From an uncultured virus (IMG/VR IMGVR_UViG_3300021599_000853) (Duplodnaviria; Heunggongvirae; Uroviricota; Caudoviricetes): DNA of 20,000 nucleotides. The stretch covers positions 53,008-73,007 of IMG/VR virus record IMGVR_UViG_3300021599_000853; one strand, given 5' to 3'. The translations under genes were made by a program, and so were the position numbers. Numbering within the stretch: position 1 is the first letter of the stretch; each line of letters starts with the position of its first letter. The notes under the pieces are model-generated. The model ran no database searches and had not been told where the DNA came from. It saw only the letters and a list, made by a program, of their open reading frames with translations. Of the stretch, positions 1-8,699 are shown piece after piece.

Positions 1-2188
1 CCACACTTTGTTTTACACGTGATTTGTTCGCTATTTTAGATAATGGAATTTCTTTATTATGTATCTTTTCAACATACGAATAATATAATTCAACAAATGA
101 ATGTCCATCACCATTTAACAAATATTTTAAACCTTCATCTAAAAACTCAACAATATATTGTTGTAATTTTTTTGATTTAATTGTATTGCCTGTTAACTTT
201 ATTTTTTCTTTACCTTTCTTAATTAATTTAATGATATAGTTTTTCCTCGATACATTTATACAGGACGGAGCAACATAATCAATATCTAACCCCATCTCAT
301 TCCTCATAAAAATATCGTTAAACTCCGCAGTATCCGCTTCAATACCTTTATATTCTTTTCCTTCTGTAACTAATTCATTTAATCCTTTACCAATATAAAC
401 GTGATCGTTAATGTCTTCTGGTGTTTCAAAGTTAACACCATCAGTATCCATAACAAGAGGTTTATATCCTTTCTTCATAAAAAACATAATCATCATACGA
501 AGACATTGTCTACCTACACATGTAATAGTTTCACCCATATTCATATCACCCCATGGAAATACCTGTGGCGCCGACAGTGAACCAAAATATGCGTTGATGA
601 ATATTTTAATTGGTAATTGTTTTCTATCGTACATTTCTGATTCAACAGGATTTGTTTTAGCAAGTTCACCGGCAAGTCTTTTATATTTGATACGAATGTT
701 ACGGAAATATTTTAACATTGATTTTTGTACACCCATAACATCACAATCAGGAAATACATCATATACAAGTTGAATTGATGGATAAAGAGATGCGTAGTCA
801 AACTTAACAATATTCTTTGCATAGCCCACATTTAACAATCTTGACAATCCACCCGTGATTGCTCTTTTTTCATCTTTTTCGGGTATTGCCAAATTATTTT
901 CATAAGACCATGCCAACATTATTATTTTCCATAATGTTGCAGTGCCCATTGTTGCAACTCTTTCATAAGTTGTCGGTACTAATTTAGATAGTAAAAATGT
1001 CGATTGACTAAAAGAATCATCAACAATCATTGTTTCATAAAGATCATCATCCAAATATTGTTCCACAATTCTTTTACCTGGCCATATTTCGTATTTACCA
1101 GGATATTTCTCTAATAAACCCTCAGTACCTTTTTCACCAATTTTTTTGTAATTACCCGTTTTTGGATTTAGATAATATAATTCATTGTCTAAATAAATTT
1201 TAGAAATGTATGCACCATCAACGTATACACGATTTTCTTTTTCTTTTTCAAGATATTTCGTAATATATTTCAAACCCCAAGATTTAATCTCAGAATTTAT
1301 TGCTTGTGCTCTTCTTACAGAATGAGCAATATCGATTATATTAAATCCCCAAATAACGTGTTGAGTATACGGTTCGATCTCATTGGCGAGTTTTAGTATT
1401 CCCTCTTTTTCTTTCATTCCCTGTGACGTTAAAATACTTGTCAATTCATCAACATTAACACCAAGTATTTCCGCTCTTTTCAGTATAAAAGGGAAGTCAA
1501 ATGATGCAGAATTATAACCACCGATTATTGTTGGTTTTAATTCTCTTATTGTTTTAAAAAATTCCTCAATACATCTTTTTTCACCATCATCACCAAAAGC
1601 GTCGATTGTTTTAACCAAACCACGATTATCTTTCATACCGATTAAGATTATCTTATTGGTTTCAGGTTCAAGACCCGTTGTCTCAATATCGAATACAAGT
1701 CTATGTACACCACTATAATCATCAATACCCTTGAACAATCTTTTTTTCTTTTGAATTAGATATTGTTCAACAGGTGATAATATTGTAAAATATTTTTTAG
1801 TTTCATCACCCCAAGGATTTAACCCACCGAATCTAAAGAAATTAATTAATTCGGTATAACCTTTAATACTTTTAACGAGAAACTTCATCCCGTTTTCTAA
1901 TCGTTCGTTACCATGGGTTTCTAACTTCTCAATGATAATACCAAACTCACCCATTTTTTTCTTTTGGGTCATTTTACTATTATTGTAGAAATTTAAACCA
2001 TTTAGATCGGAAACCCATAAAAATGGAGTAAAAGTGTCGGGTACAACAATTTTACCCTTTTGAGGGTCTTGTATAATTTTATAAATCTTATTTGTGGGAT
2101 AATCGTATTCTACACCAACGATAAACTCTTCGGGATCTGCACCGTTTAGGAAGTTCTCGATAACTTCCTGAGAAATAACTTCTTTCAT
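1..2188 (-). CDS. polB: Family B DNA polymerase with 3'-5' exonuclease (3' end runs off window)
   Basis: Not in the ORF track; translated by hand from the ATG at 2188 (MKEVISQEVIENFLNG...), open to the window edge. Motifs: ExoI FDIETTG, ExoII GYNSASFDFPF, ExoIII YLDDD, motif A DYASLYPS, motif B KQLPIKIFINAYFG, motif C VMDTDG, then SRKNY. Confidence 0.96.
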   Translation of the reverse strand, partial: MKEVISQEVIENFLNGADPEEFIVGVEYDYPTNKIYKIIQDPQKGKIVVPDTFTPFLWVSDLNGLNFYNNSKMTQKKKMGEFGIIIEKLETHGNERLENGMKFLVKSIKGYTELINFFRFGGLNPWGDETKKYFTILSPVEQYLIQKKKRLFKGIDDYSGVHRLVFDIETTGLEPETNKIILIGMKDNRGLVKTIDAFGDDGEKRCIEEFFKTIRELKPTIIGGYNSASFDFPFILKRAEILGVNVDELTSILTSQGMKEKEGILKLANEIEPYTQHVIWGFNIIDIAHSVRRAQAINSEIKSWGLKYITKYLEKEKENRVYVDGAYISKIYLDNELYYLNPKTGNYKKIGEKGTEGLLEKYPGKYEIWPGKRIVEQYLDDDLYETMIVDDSFSQSTFLLSKLVPTTYERVATMGTATLWKIIMLAWSYENNLAIPEKDEKRAITGGLSRLLNVGYAKNIVKFDYASLYPSIQLVYDVFPDCDVMGVQKSMLKYFRNIRIKYKRLAGELAKTNPVESEMYDRKQLPIKIFINAYFGSLSAPQVFPWGDMNMGETITCVGRQCLRMMIMFFMKKGYKPLVMDTDGVNFETPEDINDHVYIGKGLNELVTEGKEYKGIEADTAEFNDIFMRNEMGLDIDYVAPSCINVSRKNYIIKLIKKGKEKIKLTGNTIKSKKLQQYIVEFLDEGLKYLLNGDGHSFVELYYSYVEKIHNKEIPLSKIANKSRVKQSV

Positions 2189-2201
2189 TATTATATTTTT
2201 A

Positions 2202-2233
2202 AATGTGACACATTAGCTTACCGAAAATCGGTA
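2202..2233. promoter_or_regulatory. polB leader elements: palindrome AATGTG-A-CACATT (2202-2214) and hairpin TACCGA-AAA-TCGGTA (2219-2233)
   Basis: Two adjacent perfect 6-bp inverted repeats, relatively GC-rich for this AT-rich intergenic region, 13-45 nt upstream of the polB ATG. Function is inferred. Confidence 0.45.
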
Positions 2234-2277
2234 GTTTGCCTTAACATCAATAAATATAATTAAAAAATAAGGTTAAA

Positions 2278-2646
2278 TCAAAAAATGTTAATAAAAAGTT
2301 TTTCTTTTAGAGGTACGATTAATTTTGTTGTGGGATTTGAATTTGTGTCTAAAAACTGAATGGTGATAACACCTTCGAATTTACCCTTTACTGAAGTACC
2401 TTCTTCCGTGAATCTATAAGTAATATAATATTCATCAGTTGTTTGATCGTATTTTTTTGTTCTTGTTGTTAATAAACATTGACCATTTAAAATTTGTGGT
2501 TCCTCCGTTTTTACATCAAACATGTCAAATGTTATGTCACAACTTTCCAACATATCATTGAAAGATGACTTATCATTTTTTCCGTCATCAATCAATCTTA
2601 ACTTTAAAATAGGTTCTGTGGCTCCCTGTCTGATATTAAACTCCAT
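2278..2646 (-). CDS. Small phage virion-type protein, BppU N-terminal/Ig-like fold (putative)
   Basis: 122-aa ORF with the pattern F.IRQG.T.P.L...ITFDM...YYITYRF...T..KGKFEG...F...VP, resembling BppU_N-like beta-sandwich phage proteins. TATTTAT motif 13 nt upstream. Confidence 0.55.
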   Translation of the reverse strand: MEFNIRQGATEPILKLRLIDDGKNDKSSFNDMLESCDITFDMFDVKTEEPQILNGQCLLTTRTKKYDQTTDEYYITYRFTEEGTSVKGKFEGVITIQFLDTNSNPTTKLIVPLKEKLFINIF

Positions 2647-2672
2647 TTATTCTTTTACAATAAATATTCAAA

Positions 2673-4928
2673 CTAGGATTCTTTTCTTAATTTACCATCA
2701 TAAAAATCAAATCTATTGTGTTCTGTTGGGGTTAATAACAATAATGTATTACCTGTTTTACTAACAATTTGTGGCCAATTACAATAATATACTTCACCAG
2801 TTACATATGAAAGATTTTCTGATGTGAAAATATTTTTAAAATTAGTTCTGGGGGCATTGGGATCTAACCCTATTTTAGGTAAATTTCTCTTGTTTGGCCA
2901 GAACTTTTCTCTTATATTTTGTGGTACATTGTACCATGACCATTGAGTACCGTTATCTCCAAAAAATTCACTATAGTTTAATTTTAAAAAATCAAAATTA
3001 TTTTTATGTGTAATTTTAAGTGACTTTTTAAATAAATCTTTTACGTATCTATTGAATCCATTTCTACAAACCTCACCTTCTTTAGGATAAAAAAACATAT
3101 CGTCTTCAAAAAATAACATGTAATCACTATCACTTTCATCGAAATGTTCTGCAATCCATTGTCTTCCACCACAAATTCCTAAATTATCTTTTTTTATGTG
3201 TTCAAATCCATACTTTTCACATAATTCGATATATTTTGGTGTTGTTGATGAATCGGTAGAATTATCTAACAAATATTTTTTTGTCTTTTTAATATAGTTT
3301 ATATCATATTCTTCCATTGATTTTAGAAGTGTCTCAAATTGATTTGGACTATTGAATGTTATTACATATAGTGAAACTTTATTAATATCCAAATCATTTT
3401 CTATTACTGTTTCATCATCTGCAATGTGTGTTATTTTTTCAGATTTAATAACTAAATTATCATTTTTTAAATCCTCAAAAAATTTAGAAACTAATCCATT
3501 ACCATTTATTTCTGAATATGTTATTGATTGAGGGTATTTGTAAGTCATAATTGTGAAAATACTCTCTTCTGTCCCCATTAAATTATTATTTAATGTTTCT
3601 TGTAATAATCCATAATAAATCGAGTTTATTTCACTTATACTTTCTTTTAATCCACCAAAAAACCCACCTCTAGCCACTTTATTAACTTTTGATCCTGAAT
3701 AATTATTCATTTCAGAAATTTCAAATCCATGTATTTCTGTTGTTGTTTCATATGGGAAACAAATAAAATGAAAATTATTAACATATTTTGGTAGTTTTTC
3801 TAAAACATTATCGTGTGTAAAATAACCCATATGAACAGTATTCGCTAAACCCGCATCAATCCAAAACAAATATTCAGAATTAAATTTATCTAAAATTTTT
3901 GCATCGTGTAATAAAAAAACTTTAGACATCACTAATGGATTATACAACTCTAATTTTGCCTGTGTTGAATCTTTCAACCAACCTACTTGGTTAAACCAAT
4001 TTGGATTATTTCTTATTTTTTGAATCTTATCGAAAAATTCGTTATTCTTGAACCAAGATAAATCTCTTAAAATAAATTGAGTGTTTTTACCACTTCTTTT
4101 TGAAAAAACAAATTTTTGTAATTCTTCATCACCAAAAACAATTAAATTTTCTTTTATTTCTAATAATTTAGAAAATTTATCTAAGTAGTGATCATAAGAT
4201 CTTGACCATCCTTCAGTTAAATTAGATCGTCCTAAATCCCACAAACCTGTTACTAATGTAACACCACCATTTTTAACAAAGTAGTTTTCATCCATTTTTC
4301 TATTTTTTCTATACACACCAACATGTTCAACTATTTCTTTTGTTGTATTGTCAACATTTTTACTTTTAAGAAAATCATCTATTGCCAATTTTACACCAGG
4401 TAAGTCATGTCTGTTATAATCATGAAAACATATATAACCACCATCCGAAACCCTATCCCAAATTTTTTCCAAACTATCGTATATTGAAGTATAAAAATCA
4501 CCATCTAAAAATGCGAAAGAAATTTTTTCAGGTAGATTATCTTCAGGTATATCTTTAAACCAATTTTTATTTATTATTGGGACTGGAAGATTATTTTTTT
4601 GAAAATTTTGAATTAACACTTGTTGTGTTGTTTTTAATGTCCCTGCTCTCCATCCCGTATTTTTTTCTATTTCTGACAACTCCGGTAACCCCTCAAAAGA
4701 ATCATATACATATAAATTTTTATTTGATGAGGTCTCTATTAATGTTTTCATCAAGTATTTACTTGATTCACCAACGTAACATCCTAATTCAACGACATCA
4801 CCATCAACATTATCTTCTATTGTGTGTAATAATAAATCAACCAATAATTCTATCTGTGAAAAAGAAATTATAGATGCGTCTACACGAACGTTATCAAAAT
4901 TTAATATTTTTTCTCTAACTAAACTCAT
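2673..4928 (-). CDS. Three-domain protein: TylF/MycF/NovP-type O-methyltransferase + WlaTC/HtrL-family glycosyltransferase + GT2-like glycosyltransferase
   Basis: N-term (~aa 1-210): GDVVELGCYVGES, YDSFEGLP, FAFLDGDFYTS, GGYICFHDY. Middle (~aa 220-495): TLVTGLWDLGR, YNPLVMSK, FWIDAG, GGFFGG, GTEESI. C-term: LYVITFN, LLDNS, NLGICGGR, FFEDD. Confidence 0.85.
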   Translation of the reverse strand: MSLVREKILNFDNVRVDASIISFSQIELLVDLLLHTIEDNVDGDVVELGCYVGESSKYLMKTLIETSSNKNLYVYDSFEGLPELSEIEKNTGWRAGTLKTTQQVLIQNFQKNNLPVPIINKNWFKDIPEDNLPEKISFAFLDGDFYTSIYDSLEKIWDRVSDGGYICFHDYNRHDLPGVKLAIDDFLKSKNVDNTTKEIVEHVGVYRKNRKMDENYFVKNGGVTLVTGLWDLGRSNLTEGWSRSYDHYLDKFSKLLEIKENLIVFGDEELQKFVFSKRSGKNTQFILRDLSWFKNNEFFDKIQKIRNNPNWFNQVGWLKDSTQAKLELYNPLVMSKVFLLHDAKILDKFNSEYLFWIDAGLANTVHMGYFTHDNVLEKLPKYVNNFHFICFPYETTTEIHGFEISEMNNYSGSKVNKVARGGFFGGLKESISEINSIYYGLLQETLNNNLMGTEESIFTIMTYKYPQSITYSEINGNGLVSKFFEDLKNDNLVIKSEKITHIADDETVIENDLDINKVSLYVITFNSPNQFETLLKSMEEYDINYIKKTKKYLLDNSTDSSTTPKYIELCEKYGFEHIKKDNLGICGGRQWIAEHFDESDSDYMLFFEDDMFFYPKEGEVCRNGFNRYVKDLFKKSLKITHKNNFDFLKLNYSEFFGDNGTQWSWYNVPQNIREKFWPNKRNLPKIGLDPNAPRTNFKNIFTSENLSYVTGEVYYCNWPQIVSKTGNTLLLLTPTEHNRFDFYDGKLRKES

Positions 4929-4938
4929 AATATTTTTT

Positions 4939-6468
4939 TTAATTGAAATACCCTAATTTATAAAAATAATTTTTATTATCATCAATGTTTTCTGATCTAA
5001 AAAGATTACAACCACCTTTTTCGTTTGGTACTGCACTTATAATTGGAAACGATTCAACAACAGGATTAAATTTCCTGTCATTTATATAATTCATCACTAT
5101 TCTTTTTATTTTGTTTTTACCTAAATGTGCGGAAATTACAATATCATCACTCCATGATTTACCAACAAAATCAGTAAAAAAATCTTCGGTAAAAAATCTT
5201 CTTTCTACTGATACTGTTTTATATCCCTCAAGAATTCTAACACTCGTATCTTTATTTAATGTTGTACATAAATGACACGTATTGTCATATGAACTTATTC
5301 CCGCAAAACCTAAAGCAGTATCTGGATATATTTCTTTTTTCATTAAATGATATTCAATAAAATAATCCATATAATTTATATCATCATCTACAATTATTAT
5401 TATCTGATTTGGATCTAAAATTCTTTTAAGTGTCGGAACAATCTTTGTTATTGAACCATAATCATCACATCTAAAAATTTTTAGTTTTTCTACAGTTCTT
5501 TCCATTTCTAATAACCACTCAGGTATAATATATTCTTCACCTGTCTTAACATTTATATATGGAATATTAAAATGTATTTCATAATTCTCATAAGATAGAG
5601 TGGTTAATCTCTCTATAACCGATTTAACCCCCCAATCCTGTCTTGTTTCATTTAATCTAGATGGTATAGTAGATAATGTTAAAATAACTTTAGGTTTATT
5701 TTTTAATTCAATCTTTGTGATATCTAAGTTTTCTAAAATGATTTCTTTATTTTCTATAAAATTAAAATCGGACTCTAATGTTTTAACATTTGTTGTGTTT
5801 ATTAAAATTGTTTGTCTACCATTTACAAGAGGTATATAACCATTCTCTATTAGATGCGGTGTTAATAGTTTGTCTTTACCTCCATCTTCTGTAATGAAAT
5901 CAGTATCATCAATAATAATTAAATGAACATTAGATAATTTATCTTTTGCCGCTAAAAATGCTTCTAAATGTTTTTCTGCATATTGTGGAGTACCCTTATC
6001 CCAACCATCTAAAAAAAGAATATCTATTTTTTTATCGAAATTTTTTAAGAATGATATTCCGTCATTTGGGATGTGTACATTTAAGTTATCTGGCTGTTGT
6101 TCCCCAATATTTGAATATGACCAAGATATTGATGTTTTACAATTTTCATCAATATCTACAGTGTGAACATCAAAACCATATTTTGACCAAAAAAAAGTTG
6201 AATGTCCGTCACTACAACATGGTGGAGATACCAAAGGATTTGGTTCTAAATTGAAATAATCAATACATTTTTGTGTGACAGAATATCTTGAGCTACCAAT
6301 CTCAACCACTGTTTTTAAATCTAGTTTTTTTCCTAATAATATACCTAATTTTAGATATGGTGCGGATTTAGATCTAAAATTTACGTGATCATCACCTGTT
6401 AAATTATCAAAGTCCCAAAATTTTTTATCTATCTTAAAATTATTAATTAACTTATAAATTTCTCTCAT
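4939..6468 (-). CDS. Class I SAM methyltransferase (Methyltransf_24-like) fused to a GT-A-fold glycosyltransferase
   Basis: N-term: VVEIGS, VDID, IDILFLDGWD, IIIDD. C-term: ILTLSTIPSRL, DDYGSITK, IIVDDD, SDDIVIS. Confidence 0.8.
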   Translation of the reverse strand: MREIYKLINNFKIDKKFWDFDNLTGDDHVNFRSKSAPYLKLGILLGKKLDLKTVVEIGSSRYSVTQKCIDYFNLEPNPLVSPPCCSDGHSTFFWSKYGFDVHTVDIDENCKTSISWSYSNIGEQQPDNLNVHIPNDGISFLKNFDKKIDILFLDGWDKGTPQYAEKHLEAFLAAKDKLSNVHLIIIDDTDFITEDGGKDKLLTPHLIENGYIPLVNGRQTILINTTNVKTLESDFNFIENKEIILENLDITKIELKNKPKVILTLSTIPSRLNETRQDWGVKSVIERLTTLSYENYEIHFNIPYINVKTGEEYIIPEWLLEMERTVEKLKIFRCDDYGSITKIVPTLKRILDPNQIIIIVDDDINYMDYFIEYHLMKKEIYPDTALGFAGISSYDNTCHLCTTLNKDTSVRILEGYKTVSVERRFFTEDFFTDFVGKSWSDDIVISAHLGKNKIKRIVMNYINDRKFNPVVESFPIISAVPNEKGGCNLFRSENIDDNKNYFYKLGYFN

Positions 6469-6469
6469 T

Positions 6470-7336
6470 TTACAAAAGTTCTTTTATTTTATTTTCATTT
6501 AATATTTCATTTAATATATTGACATTAGATTCTACCGTTCCATTTTCTTTAAACCATTTATACCCATTTTCAGATATAAAAGTTAACAATTCAATATCGT
6601 CTTTAATTGAATTAAATTTATCTAAAATTATTTCTGTTTGTATTTTTGGATTTGAATTATATTCAAAAGAAATATAATGATAATCTGGCACTAAATCATT
6701 ATGAAATTTTTGGGATAATAAAGGACGTAATAATACTGATCTTGAACTTAAGATCTCCATGTCGCGATTACAAATTTCGGCGGCACCATTTAAAGATAAA
6801 TTAATCCTATTGTTTGTTAATTCGTTGAAATAATTCTCTATTGGAAAATTTTTTTTATCTGTAATATTTAAAATACCATGATTTTTTAGATTTAATCTAT
6901 CACCATACAAATATCCTCTAAACATCAAATCATTATTTTCTTTTTCTGACATATGTTTTGCCGTGTTATGTATTTCATCAAATATTAAATCATAACACAA
7001 ATAAGAAGAAGGTATATTATCTATATTGTATTTATTACCACAAGAAGATATTATCCCTTTACATAAATCAAATTTCCAACCATGTACTGAATACGTTAAA
7101 TCTATCATATGGTCCCAATATGATATGACAAAATATTTTTCAGTATCTTTATTTTTTATTGTCATTAAATGTGGTGAATATATACCACCGGGTTCACCAT
7201 TATATTTAGAACCAAATTCAATATAATCAAATTCAAAATAATTAAATTTTTCTTTTATTTTTTCATGTAACTTTTTAAAAACATGAAAAACAGACCACCT
7301 TGTGTGAGGATGTTGATATCCTATTTCTACTTTCAT
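6470..7336 (-). CDS. Putative glycosyltransferase (GT90/CAP10- or CgeB/Glyco_trans_1_2-like C-terminal domain)
   Basis: 288 aa with MFRG, LSLNGAAEICNRDMEIL, LVPDYHYI and ISENGYKWF, which resemble GT90/CgeB-like GT-B C-terminal halves. Lies within the GT operon. Confidence 0.65.
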   Translation of the reverse strand: MKVEIGYQHPHTRWSVFHVFKKLHEKIKEKFNYFEFDYIEFGSKYNGEPGGIYSPHLMTIKNKDTEKYFVISYWDHMIDLTYSVHGWKFDLCKGIISSCGNKYNIDNIPSSYLCYDLIFDEIHNTAKHMSEKENNDLMFRGYLYGDRLNLKNHGILNITDKKNFPIENYFNELTNNRINLSLNGAAEICNRDMEILSSRSVLLRPLLSQKFHNDLVPDYHYISFEYNSNPKIQTEIILDKFNSIKDDIELLTFISENGYKWFKENGTVESNVNILNEILNENKIKELL

Positions 7337-7337
7337 T

Positions 7338-8144
7338 TTATCTTTCTGTTGCGTGTTGTACTAATGCTCTTGGACCTACTTTATAACCATTCGCGGTAAA
7401 AACTTTACCCCAAACAAAATGATGCCAACCAATATCAAATGGTTTAAATCCAGCAACTAATGCGGAAACACCAATTTCAAACCCTTCCGCCCATGTACCA
7501 TAAGAAAAATCTTTATTTACTAAATAATCATGAAACCATTTCCATTGATCTACCATTTTTCTTAATTTTTTGTCTCTATTTACAAAAATTAATAAATATT
7601 CTGCCGGCAATGATGCATCGTCCCATTCTGATTTTTGATTTTTATCTAAATCATAGTTATATATTTTGTGCCAAAAAATACCATGATCTCTTTTATTTTT
7701 TTCATTATAATCCTTTATGAAGTCCCCCCAACGATAATCGGTTCTCGGACCAAAAAAGTCATATCCTTGATCTAACTTTTCTTTAGTAAAATCTAATACC
7801 ATATTTTCATCCCACCAATCAAAAGAATTATCACAATCTGTAAAAATTACTATTGTGTCGTCTAAATCCATAACAGGAATTAGAGATAGGTATCTCATAT
7901 TAAAATTAAAATCATTACTCAATTTATTTTCACCAATAGGTATTCTGATTTTAACATCATCCCTATTCATTTTATTTATCTTAATTCTTTCATTGTCACC
8001 AAATTTTTCTTTAATTATATCTTCACAGTCTGTTGTGATATAAAAGTCTATATTACTAAGTCTCAATACATCTTCTATCATCCTACATGTATAGTCTTTT
8101 GTATAATTTTTACCAAAACTTAAAGTTGTTAATGCAATTTTCAT
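7338..8144 (-). CDS. Hypothetical protein, probable GT-A glycosyltransferase (DxD motif)
   Basis: 268 aa. N-terminal beta strand (IALTTL), FYITTD, FNFNMRY and IVIFTDCD (DxD after a hydrophobic strand). ATGA overlap with the upstream methyltransferase gene. Confidence 0.5.
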   Translation of the reverse strand: MKIALTTLSFGKNYTKDYTCRMIEDVLRLSNIDFYITTDCEDIIKEKFGDNERIKINKMNRDDVKIRIPIGENKLSNDFNFNMRYLSLIPVMDLDDTIVIFTDCDNSFDWWDENMVLDFTKEKLDQGYDFFGPRTDYRWGDFIKDYNEKNKRDHGIFWHKIYNYDLDKNQKSEWDDASLPAEYLLIFVNRDKKLRKMVDQWKWFHDYLVNKDFSYGTWAEGFEIGVSALVAGFKPFDIGWHHFVWGKVFTANGYKVGPRALVQHATER

Positions 8145-8692
8145 AATTGTTTTTTCTTTTTAAATGCACAATAATAATATGTTTTATCACCCACGTCAAT
8201 TCTTTTTTTGTAGTTAAAATTTTTATATTCAATTAATTCTAACATTGGATAAAATGTTGACATAATTTCATCATCTAAATCTGGTTGTAAGTGTATTTCG
8301 TATTTGTTTCCAAATACTTCATTTTGGGGTAAATAATAAGGAACTACGACTATTAATTCATTACATTTATCTTTTAATTTATGTAATAACTTTATTCCGT
8401 CCTCTCTAGATAAATGTTCTAATATATCTCCCATGATTATTATATCATAATGATCAAAATTAAAATCTAATATATTAATATTGAATACATTATCATACAT
8501 TTTTTCTAAATCATATTCTTTTATGTATGGTTCCCATATTTCAACCGCATCAAACTTTTTAAAATGATGATTTAATAATTTATAATAAAAACCATGACCA
8601 CAACCAATATCTAATATTGAACAAGAGTCATCATAGTTTTCACATAAGTATTCTTTAATTTCTGTGGATAAGTATCCCCAATTTCCTGGCAT
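8141..8692 (-). CDS. Class I SAM-dependent methyltransferase
   Basis: ILDIGCGHG (motif I), DAVEIW, YDIIIMGDILEHL, IVVVP. Confidence 0.9.
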   Translation of the reverse strand: MPGNWGYLSTEIKEYLCENYDDSCSILDIGCGHGFYYKLLNHHFKKFDAVEIWEPYIKEYDLEKMYDNVFNINILDFNFDHYDIIIMGDILEHLSREDGIKLLHKLKDKCNELIVVVPYYLPQNEVFGNKYEIHLQPDLDDEIMSTFYPMLELIEYKNFNYKKRIDVGDKTYYYCAFKKKKQL

Positions 8693-8699
8693 ATAATTA

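Noticed and set aside
411..773. 120-aa plus-strand ORF
   Set aside because: Antisense to the polB catalytic motifs, with no recognisable features.
2200..2245. GGCAAAC-hairpin on the minus strand resembling the start of a c-di-GMP-I riboswitch
   Set aside because: There is no GNRA loop, no following GACGCAAA segment and no room for the second stem before the ATG.
2673..2790. Possible in-frame deletion near the C-terminus of the GT2-like domain (abrupt KTGN/TLLLLTP junction)
   Set aside because: The domain end looks short, but I cannot establish a deletion without aligning homologues.
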